DNA of 64,000 nucleotides from a virus: IMG/VR virus record IMGVR_UViG_3300025030_001282, positions 15,915 to 79,914 of that record; one strand, 5' to 3'. Shown piece by piece: positions 57,262 to 64,000 of this stretch (position 1 is its first letter; each line of letters starts with the position of its first letter). The notes under the pieces were generated by a model. It saw only the letters and a program-made list of their open reading frames with translations, ran no database searches and was not told where the DNA came from. The position numbers and the translations under genes were made by a program.

Positions 57262-57801
57262 ATGGCCGAGCTGGAAACCCTTATAAAACTGACAACCGAG
57301 GCGATCACCCAGCATGCGAGTTCTGCAGCCAAACTGGAGGCGCTGCACGAAGCCGTGGGCGAGCTAAAGAAACAGACGGCGGTGGCCATGACCGGGATAA
57401 ACGACACCCAGAGCAAAATCGTGCTCGCGCTGGAACGCCTCAACGTCAATATCGAGGACCACAAGGTGCTGCACCACCGTATCGACGACCTGGAGGAAGC
57501 TGGGAAGGAGCAGAGGGCGAGAATGGACGGGCTCGAACACACCTGCTCCAAAGAGGTCAGCGAGGAGACAGCGGCCAAGGTGGAAAACATAGAGCGTCTT
57601 ATGATTGCCCATGGCATCTGGGACATCAGGGACGGAGAAAAAGGGCACGCGGAGATGATCGGAAAACACGAGCGGTTCGTGCGCCTGCTCAGCGGAAAGA
57701 TAGGCTGGACGCTGCTGGCCATGATTATCATCGGCACCGTGGCCGATTTCGTGTTCCACTACGATTTCATCAAGCGCATCACCGGCATTTTTACGGGCTG
57801 A
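57262..57801 (+). CDS. Coiled-coil protein with a C-terminal TM helix (lysis-associated)
   Basis: GGAG RBS; single TM segment near the C-terminus. Confidence 0.6.
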   Translation: MAELETLIKLTTEAITQHASSAAKLEALHEAVGELKKQTAVAMTGINDTQSKIVLALERLNVNIEDHKVLHHRIDDLEEAGKEQRARMDGLEHTCSKEVSEETAAKVENIERLMIAHGIWDIRDGEKGHAEMIGKHERFVRLLSGKIGWTLLAMIIIGTVADFVFHYDFIKRITGIFTG

Positions 57802-57803
57802 CA

Positions 57804-57819
57804 GTGTAGCGCATACCAA
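57804..57819 (-). promoter_or_regulatory. Conserved 16-bp motif, reverse copy before the holin/endolysin genes
   Basis: Reverse complement reads TTGGTATGCGCTACAC. Confidence 0.6.
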
Positions 57820-57853
57820 CCCCGCGAGGGGGTAAAACCACCAGGAGGAAGAA

Positions 57854-58288
57854 ATGCAAATGCTGAACTGGCTCAAAAAGATGTGGATGCTCATTGCGAT
57901 CGTGATACTGGCGACGCTTATCTGCGGACCTGCATCGAAGTGGATCGTGGAACACTTTGGCTCCGGCTTCGCCCAGGCCGCCCTGATTATCGACGGGCTC
58001 GCGGCGGTCGCGCTGGTGCTGCTGTTCGTGGATTTCATCCTCGACAACCGGGCCGAGTGGGGGATTTTCCCCACCCTTGACCTGGACAAAGCGCTCGACG
58101 TTGCCATTAACGGAGCCGAGTACATCGACGCCACCGACGGAATGCGCAAACGCGGCCAGGATCCTGTCGCATGCGCCCTGATATTCCTCGGAGTGGTGGC
58201 CTTGGTGATATCCCTCCTCTTTCTGGCGATCCCCAGAACAGGTGAGCTTCCGGTCATGCCGCCCCCGGCACAGGTGGCCGGGCAGTGA
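57854..58288 (+). CDS. Putative holin
   Basis: Three hydrophobic segments; immediately precedes the endolysin. Confidence 0.65.
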   Translation: MQMLNWLKKMWMLIAIVILATLICGPASKWIVEHFGSGFAQAALIIDGLAAVALVLLFVDFILDNRAEWGIFPTLDLDKALDVAINGAEYIDATDGMRKRGQDPVACALIFLGVVALVISLLFLAIPRTGELPVMPPPAQVAGQ

Positions 58289-58986
58289 AAAGAGCCCTCG
58301 CGGCGCTTATCCTGACCTGCTGCCTCTGCGGATCGGCAGCGGCAGCAGGAGTGTTGGATACCGCCCGGCCATATCTGGACATTCTAGAGGACGCGATCCT
58401 CACCACGTGGCCCGATTCCCCGGCAGCAGCGATCATGGCCGGGCAGGTGGAGCAGGAATCCTCCTGGAAGCCCCAGGCCACCCTGAAGACAAAAAGGGAG
58501 CTGGGAAGGGGCCTCGTGCAAATGACGATCGCCTATACCCAGGACGGCAAGGAACGCTTCAACATCTACCGATCGGCGGTGAGGTACAAGCAGCTGAGCG
58601 CCTGGAACTGGCGCAAAGACCCCTACAACGTGCGGTACCAGCTCATGTTCCTCGCGCTGCAGGACAAGGCAAACTACAACACGGTGCGCCCCTACTTCAG
58701 GAACGACACCGAGGCCTGCAAGGGGATGCTGGTCTGCTACAACGCGGGCTCGGGGAGATGGCTCCGCAGGCTGAAGAACGCGAGGATTATGGGACTCCCC
58801 ACCGACATTTGGGACGGAGGGCTCGCCCAGGCGTACTCCCAGGGAGAACTGGCCTTGCTGTACGGCAGACCGCTCTGGGTCGCGGTGAACGAGTATCCCA
58901 CCGTGATTTTCAAGCGGGCCGTCAAGTACGAAAAGCTGGTGAAGACGAGTAGGTGCTTTACCTGCCATGAGAGAGGTGCAGCATGA
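58285..58986 (+). CDS. Lytic transglycosylase endolysin with an N-terminal signal sequence
   Basis: AGQVEQESSW...GRGLVQ...YNAG.G motifs. Confidence 0.8.
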   Translation: MKRALAALILTCCLCGSAAAAGVLDTARPYLDILEDAILTTWPDSPAAAIMAGQVEQESSWKPQATLKTKRELGRGLVQMTIAYTQDGKERFNIYRSAVRYKQLSAWNWRKDPYNVRYQLMFLALQDKANYNTVRPYFRNDTEACKGMLVCYNAGSGRWLRRLKNARIMGLPTDIWDGGLAQAYSQGELALLYGRPLWVAVNEYPTVIFKRAVKYEKLVKTSRCFTCHERGAA

Positions 58987-59384
58987 CCATTGACCCGGCA
59001 AAGATCCAGGAGCACGGCAAGGAGATCGTGATCGCGCTGCTGATCGCAGCCCTCTGCATCGCGGCGTGGCTAGGGGACCGCAGCAAGGGGAAGCTGAACA
59101 GCATCGAGGCGGCGCAGAAGCGCATGGAGAACATCAGCTCCGCCCAGGCAGGCCGTAAGGAGATCCAGCGCCGAGAGCAGAACCTGTACCCAGCCCTGGA
59201 CCGAAGCGCCCAGGAGCTGGACAGGAGGAGGGCGGCCATCAGGGACGCAGAGAAGGTGCTCCCCCCTCCCCCCACCAGAAAGGAGATCGAGGATGCAGTC
59301 AAGAGCGCTGCAAAGGGCGACAGCCGTCGCCTTGCTGATATGTTTCGTGCTGATGGCTACCCCTGCACCGAGCTGGAGCGTTGA
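58983..59384 (+). CDS. Rz/i-spanin-like protein
   Basis: N-terminal TM helix plus coiled coil, after the endolysin. Confidence 0.55.
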   Translation: MTIDPAKIQEHGKEIVIALLIAALCIAAWLGDRSKGKLNSIEAAQKRMENISSAQAGRKEIQRREQNLYPALDRSAQELDRRRAAIRDAEKVLPPPPTRKEIEDAVKSAAKGDSRRLADMFRADGYPCTELER

Positions 59385-59733
59385 CAAGGAGAAAGGCGTC
59401 TTCTTCAGCTACAGCACAGCGGAGCGGCTCTACGTCGACCTGAAATTCCTGAAGGCGGACACCGCCGACAAGGGGCAGCGGGAAACGCTGAGCAACCGAG
59501 ACCGCAAACTGGCCGACAGCCTGCTGACCATTGGGGAGGTGAAGATCAAAGGCCTGACCCAGGATAAGGAGGAATACCGGAAGGAAGCCGACAAGCTGCG
59601 CGACCTGTACACGAAGGCGGACCAGGATCGGGTGAAGGCTGAGAACTCGGCCCCCTCCCGGCTGCGCTGGTTTACCGCTGGAGCGATCGCCACCCTGGCC
59701 GCGATCGTCGGAGCGTTTGCCGCCACCAGATAG
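59293..59733 (+). CDS. Overlapping spanin-like protein
   Basis: Overlaps the previous gene; signal-like N-terminus and C-terminal TM helix. Confidence 0.5.
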   Translation: MQSRALQRATAVALLICFVLMATPAPSWSVDKEKGVFFSYSTAERLYVDLKFLKADTADKGQRETLSNRDRKLADSLLTIGEVKIKGLTQDKEEYRKEADKLRDLYTKADQDRVKAENSAPSRLRWFTAGAIATLAAIVGAFAATR

Positions 59734-59750
59734 TTTTCGGTACCATAAAC

Positions 59751-59786
59751 ACAAAAACCCCCAGGCGAGGCCCTGGGGGTTTTTGT
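59751..59786. terminator. Bidirectional terminator at the strand switch
   Basis: acaaaaacccccagg-cgaggc-cctgggggtttttgt. Confidence 0.9.
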
Positions 59787-60049
59787 TATGCCACGGTGGC
59801 TTCGGCCTCCACAGGCGGAGAATCGCCCTCCTCCACCGTTTCCACCCGGCCCTCCGCGATCCGGGCGGCCAGTTTTTCGTTTTGGATCACGTGGCGGTTC
59901 ACCCCGCGCACCCAATCCCGCTGCTTTTTGCTCATGCGGCGACCATTTACCGGCAGCACCCGCCCGCAAGCGCAACCGACCACCGGCACGCCACCCAGAC
60001 CCCTCCCAGGCCGCGAGGCCACTTTCCCACAAACGCAATTCTTGATCAT
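59786..60049 (-). CDS. Small basic zinc-binding hypothetical protein
   Basis: CVCG and CACG; GGGG RBS. Confidence 0.5.
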   Translation of the reverse strand: MIKNCVCGKVASRPGRGLGGVPVVGCACGRVLPVNGRRMSKKQRDWVRGVNRHVIQNEKLAARIAEGRVETVEEGDSPPVEAEATVA

Positions 60050-60116
60050 CTGCTTTCCCCTTCAGTGAACGAGAAGGGCAACCGTCAAGCCGTCCTTGAC
60101 AGTTGCCCCCCGTGGA

Positions 60117-62789
60117 CTATTGAACCAGAACCCGGCCCGGCAGCATTTCGATTCTGGCGTCCGCCATATCAATCAGCTCCACGGTCTGGGTGATGAAGAA
60201 CTCCCGCGTATGGTGCCCAATTTCCAGGGCGGCACGCTTGACCGCGAAGAACTCCATCTTGCGGTCGGGAGACAGAGCCCCGTCCTTTTCGTCGGAGAAC
60301 AGCGCCCCGTAGGCGCGGTCGGCGCGGTGGATATTGAACAGCGAAATGCCGCGAGTGATGGCATCCTCGATCCAGCAGGTTTGCCCCCCGGACATTTCCG
60401 TGATGGAGCGCTCCGAGTCCAGTTCCGAATCGTAGACCAGGATATCAAAGGCCTCGCGCTTGGTGCCGTCGGCTTTTTCCGCCTGGGTATCGAAGCGCAC
60501 CGAGAACCTGGAGCCGTAGCATGCCATCAGGAGGTCGTTCACGTTGACGGCAATAGACGGAGCCGCGTCGTCCAGTTCCAAGGCCTCCACGCCCGGCATG
60601 GCCACCACAAGCAGGGAGAAATCTGCAATCCATGCCTGCAGCCGTTCGATCTGCGCATCCGCCTCGAGGAGGACCCTGCGCTTACCTTCCACGCTGGCGA
60701 GCACCGCCCGGTACCCGGCAATTTCGCCCTCGAGAGCCCGGACCACATCGTTACTGCGATTGACGTCAGCCTGAGCTGCCAGGGCATCAGCCTGAGCCCG
60801 CTCAAGCGTAGCAGACAGATCGTCGTACTCCGGAATGGTCAGCAGTTCGAGGTTGAGACGATCGAGCGTCTGCTCATGCTGCAAGGCTTCCGCCTGCTCC
60901 GCTTCCCCCAGGGAGCGCAGCCGCGCCGCGATCTCCTCTCCGAAGGTGGCATAACGCTTTTTACGCGCCTCCAGGTCGGCTTCAAGTTGCTGGACCAGCG
61001 CCGCCAGATCGGTTTCGTGCTTTTGGCGGCAGGCCACGATATCGGCCTCCAACTGTACGATGATAGCGGACAGCGCCGTGGCCGCCGTTTCTCGGCAGGT
61101 TGCTAACTCGGCTTCGGCAACCTTGATAACCTCCTCGGCCTGTTCCAGTTCCGGGAGCAGCTTGGTGAAGGCGCGGAGCGTGACCAGATTGGTATTGACC
61201 GCCTCAACCTCGCCGCGCAGCCGATTCACCGTTTCCTGGGCCTGCTGCACCGCGAGCTTATCGGCATCGTGGAGCGCCTGGGCCTGCAGCACCGATTCTT
61301 TAGCCGCCTCCTGATCCCGCAGCGCATTTTCTACGGTGGTCATGAGCCCCGCCAGGGCATCCCGGTCAGCAGCGGCGGAGGCGACGAAGCGGCAGGTGGA
61401 GTTGATCCAATTGGAGCCGTCCCCCTTGCAATCGATGCCCTCCAACTTGGCAATGTTGGTAGTGGCCGCCTGCACGGCCTGCTTTGCGGTAAGTTGCGCC
61501 ACGTCCGCAGTATACAGCACGCCCTGGGCAGTAGTGAGCACTACACCGGAATCAGCTTGCTTGAGATGGAGCCGGGACAACAGAGCCCCGGCTTCCGTTT
61601 GCTCCGGAGTGAGGCGGCCAAGGAGCGCCTCTGCATCCGTTTCCTTGACCACGGCGGCGCGTATCTGGTCGGCACCGGACACGATTTTGCGGGCGCGAAC
61701 CAGACGGGCATCGATCACGGCTACCTGCTCGGCAAGGGTGCGGTCGCTGGCAGTGCGGGAATCGGCGATCCTGGTATTGAGCACCTGCAGCTGACCGGCC
61801 AGCGACGTGTCGCTCGAGGTGCGGGCCTGGGAGATGCGATCAGTGAGGGCCAGGACGTCCGCGTCGCGGGAAACCGTTTCGGCGTTCTGGCGCTGAAGGG
61901 CCTCGCGGCGCTCACCGCCCAGCCGCAGCACTTCCCCGTCGTGCCGGGTCTGTTCATCGGTGATCTGGGAGCGGATCAGGACGCCGCGAGCCACTTCGGA
62001 TTGCCTGGAAGCCTCCTCGGCGTTGCAGCGGTTGACCACGCCCTGAGCCTCGTCCAGCTTGACCTGGGCAGCGGTGACACCAGCTTGCAGCTCGGGAAGC
62101 CGCCCCTCGGCAGCCAGCAGGTCGACCTGGACTAGAGCGGCGGCATCCACGTCCTCCTGAGCGGAGCGCACCGAGGCACGGGTGAGATCCACCCGATTGC
62201 GCAACTCAGTGACTACCGAGCGGGCCTTTTCGCCCTGCTCCCGGATATGATCGATGTTGAGCAGCTCGGCCAGGATCCCGACAATATCCCCACGGGTGTA
62301 GTCGGAAAGGTTTTTAGCCCCCTGGGCGCGGAACACGGAGGAGAAGTAAAGAGTCGGGGAGCCCACCACCTGCTCCACGATTTCGTCATAGGTGCCGGTC
62401 TTGCCGTCGTTGAGCGGCTTCCACCCTTCCCCGGCCTGCTCGTAGAGGTAGGCCTCCTGCTTTTTGCGGTCGGCATCGATCATGACCAAGGATTTGAAAA
62501 GCCCCTTGCCCGGCATTTCGAATACCAATTCCTTACAGGCGTCGTTGCCGAAGCACTGGTCGTAGAAGCTGAAGGAGTTGGGCGACCAGTCCTTTTTCTT
62601 GCGGAGCTTGTACGGCATGATCCGGTAGGGATGCAGGTTATCCAGGACGGTGGTTTTGCCCCGGCCATTCTCGCCCGCGATGGCGATCACCCCGTCCGGG
62701 AGCACCGTCAGGTCGATGAAGATTTCCACGAGGCCGATTCCCGCCCGGATTCCCTTGAAGCCCCGGAGGAGGAGAGAGTGAGGTATCAT
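60117..62789 (-). CDS. SbcC/Rad50-like SMC ATPase
   Basis: Walker A GENGRGKT, Q-loop, long coiled coil with a central Cys pair, MSGGQ signature, FSDE. AAGGAG RBS favours ATG 62789. Confidence 0.85.
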   Translation of the reverse strand: MIPHSLLLRGFKGIRAGIGLVEIFIDLTVLPDGVIAIAGENGRGKTTVLDNLHPYRIMPYKLRKKKDWSPNSFSFYDQCFGNDACKELVFEMPGKGLFKSLVMIDADRKKQEAYLYEQAGEGWKPLNDGKTGTYDEIVEQVVGSPTLYFSSVFRAQGAKNLSDYTRGDIVGILAELLNIDHIREQGEKARSVVTELRNRVDLTRASVRSAQEDVDAAALVQVDLLAAEGRLPELQAGVTAAQVKLDEAQGVVNRCNAEEASRQSEVARGVLIRSQITDEQTRHDGEVLRLGGERREALQRQNAETVSRDADVLALTDRISQARTSSDTSLAGQLQVLNTRIADSRTASDRTLAEQVAVIDARLVRARKIVSGADQIRAAVVKETDAEALLGRLTPEQTEAGALLSRLHLKQADSGVVLTTAQGVLYTADVAQLTAKQAVQAATTNIAKLEGIDCKGDGSNWINSTCRFVASAAADRDALAGLMTTVENALRDQEAAKESVLQAQALHDADKLAVQQAQETVNRLRGEVEAVNTNLVTLRAFTKLLPELEQAEEVIKVAEAELATCRETAATALSAIIVQLEADIVACRQKHETDLAALVQQLEADLEARKKRYATFGEEIAARLRSLGEAEQAEALQHEQTLDRLNLELLTIPEYDDLSATLERAQADALAAQADVNRSNDVVRALEGEIAGYRAVLASVEGKRRVLLEADAQIERLQAWIADFSLLVVAMPGVEALELDDAAPSIAVNVNDLLMACYGSRFSVRFDTQAEKADGTKREAFDILVYDSELDSERSITEMSGGQTCWIEDAITRGISLFNIHRADRAYGALFSDEKDGALSPDRKMEFFAVKRAALEIGHHTREFFITQTVELIDMADARIEMLPGRVLVQ

Positions 62790-62832
62790 TTTAGCTCCTT
62801 TCAAATATGCGCCCCGAAGGGCGCGGGATGAT

Positions 62833-63318
62833 TTACAGGGTCTGAAGGAAAGCCCGCCCGGCATCGGTGACATGCCAGGATTCCCGGTAGGGTTCGAGCT
62901 GCTTACTGCCGGAGTAGATAATGAGCCCGGCATCGGAAAGCGCCTTGCCGTTGCGGTAGCGCACGGCCACCTCCCCCCCGAACCACGTCGTGAGGCACGC
63001 CATGCTGCAGCGCCTGAAGGAAACTCCACCCTGAGCCATGAGCTGCAGGGCCACCACCTGCCGGTCGCTGAGCTTGACCGCCACAGGAGCGGCAGCAGCC
63101 GGGACCGAAGCGGCAACCGATGCGACGGGCTCCACGTAATCCGGGCACGGACCCTTCACAGCCTTCACCGCATAGTGCTTGCAGGATCGGGCGGCACGCT
63201 GAGCGGCGGCGAAGGAAGGGTACTCGCAGTCCATCTGGTAGACCTTGGAGGCGGGGTACTGGCACTGGCAGGCAGGCTTACCGTTAAAAGTGATGTGGGA
63301 AGTGATAGAGTTCTTCAT
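62833..63318 (-). CDS. Hypothetical protein with a C-terminal winged-helix-like region
   Basis: GAGGAG RBS before ATG 63318; L...GLI...W.VTDAGRA.L ending. Confidence 0.6.
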   Translation of the reverse strand: MKNSITSHITFNGKPACQCQYPASKVYQMDCEYPSFAAAQRAARSCKHYAVKAVKGPCPDYVEPVASVAASVPAAAAPVAVKLSDRQVVALQLMAQGGVSFRRCSMACLTTWFGGEVAVRYRNGKALSDAGLIIYSGSKQLEPYRESWHVTDAGRAFLQTL

Positions 63319-63380
63319 AGTGGGCTCCTCAGACACAAAAGTAAGGTTACAGAGAGAGGAAGACGGCGGCGCAATGTGAT

Positions 63381-64000
63381 CTATTGCTTAGAAGCGGCCA
63401 CCACGTCCTTAATGCTTTGTTTCCAGTGGATATACGGCACATCCTGGAATAGCCAGTACAGCCGCAATATCGCCTCGTCCGACTGTGCATCCTCGACCGA
63501 CTGCACTGCAGCCGCGACCACGGGATCAGACACATCGACCCGTGCCGCGAGCTTGTTCATTTTCCCGATCCAGATGCTATCCGTCACCATGCTGCCCACC
63601 GCATCCACGACGCAGATAGCATCCCACTCCCCGCCGACGATGGGCTCGATAGACACGCTGGTTCGGAAGCCCGCATGAGTGGCAAGGCTCAAGCACTCTA
63701 CCCGTTCGGAGGGAGATGAAGCGCCGGGCTCCCAAAAACGCAGAAGCTTTTCGTCCATAGTCCCGATAGTGAACCGAAACATGATTTGTGCCTTGTACAG
63801 GTCCAGGGCTTCAAGGAGCGGACGGATGCAGTCAAGCCTCGGCTTCGACACAATGAGCAGCTGGTTCCCCTTGGCCAGCACCAGGAGCGCCACCCGGATG
63901 AATGCCTCCAGGTTGAACGGCGTGATATCGTGGGTCGTGGGGAACATGACGACGCCCTCTTTCTTAGGGTAGGACGTCATGGCGGCAGCCTTGGACAGGC
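63381..64000 (-). CDS. Spore-photoproduct-lyase-like radical SAM family protein, 5'-truncated by the window edge
   Basis: LIVSKP, FTIGT.D.....WEPGA....ER..L and SVSIEP motifs. The frame is open to the edge; the CxxxCxxC motif is not in the window. Confidence 0.6.
   Translation of the reverse strand, partial: LSKAAAMTSYPKKEGVVMFPTTHDITPFNLEAFIRVALLVLAKGNQLLIVSKPRLDCIRPLLEALDLYKAQIMFRFTIGTMDEKLLRFWEPGASSPSERVECLSLATHAGFRTSVSIEPIVGGEWDAICVVDAVGSMVTDSIWIGKMNKLAARVDVSDPVVAAAVQSVEDAQSDEAILRLYWLFQDVPYIHWKQSIKDVVAASKQ

Larger units (their letters stand above)
1..64000. mobile_element. Internal segment of a large contractile-tailed phage/prophage with a SPO1/A511-like structural module
   Basis: Portal, protease, scaffold, capsid, sheath, tube, tape measure, baseplate, tail fibre and lysis genes lie in canonical order. 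No host housekeeping genes or boundaries are in the window. Confidence 0.95.

Noticed and set aside
62790-63116. N-terminal 109-aa extension of the SbcC-like ORF (999-aa call)
   Set aside because: It overlaps the 62833-63318 gene. The RBS and the typical SMC N-terminus support ATG 62789.
1-64000. Second DGR target/VR elsewhere in the window
   Set aside because: No other RGG.W...GFRP-ending ORF or TR-like nucleotide match was seen by eye. A BLASTN of the TR would be decisive, and targets outside the window remain possible.
1-64000. CRISPR array, tRNA or rRNA genes, integrase/att sites
   Set aside because: None was recognised. The 16-bp motif copies are dispersed, not arrayed. tRNAscan was not run.

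Overview
The whole window is an internal segment of a large, GC-rich myovirus-type phage or prophage. No integrase, att site, terminase, rRNA, tRNA or CRISPR array is visible. Layout: (1) 1-11128, a run of small + strand genes (GIY-YIG, PD-(D/E)xK-like, MazG-like, KTSC, DUF968-like). (2) 11208-19151, portal, an inserted lower-GC structural block and a MuF-like head protein. (3) ~19270-22770, a - strand accessory cluster including a DUF4942-type adenine methyltransferase. (4) 22908-30253, a 2131-aa polyvalent protein (sigma-4-like HTH, DdrB-type ParB, HAD phosphatase, LPD1/HExxH) and an inorganic-pyrophosphatase-like/DUF5661-like protein. (5) 31450-53729, a SPO1/A511-like head, neck, contractile tail and baseplate module. 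(6) 53754-56572, a complete diversity-generating retroelement: target, VR, hairpins, avd, TR and RT, with 8 of 8 VR/TR mismatches at TR adenines. (7) A lysis cassette. (8) - strand SbcC/Rad50-like ATPase and an SPL-like radical SAM gene. The most intriguing unexplained pattern is a hydrophobic-x-K-[S/A] motif. It saturates the scaffold, sits at the predicted capsid maturation site, and clusters at the domain boundaries of the giant protein. This suggests a head-packaged polyprotein cut by the prohead protease into tagged effector modules. One of its linkers also hides an overprinted +1-frame gene with its own ribosome-binding site. A 16-bp motif, TTGATATRCGCTACR, recurs 9 times at promoters and gene boundaries. 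The tail tube gene carries a one-base frameshift. All family assignments come from motif recognition by eye, not from database searches.
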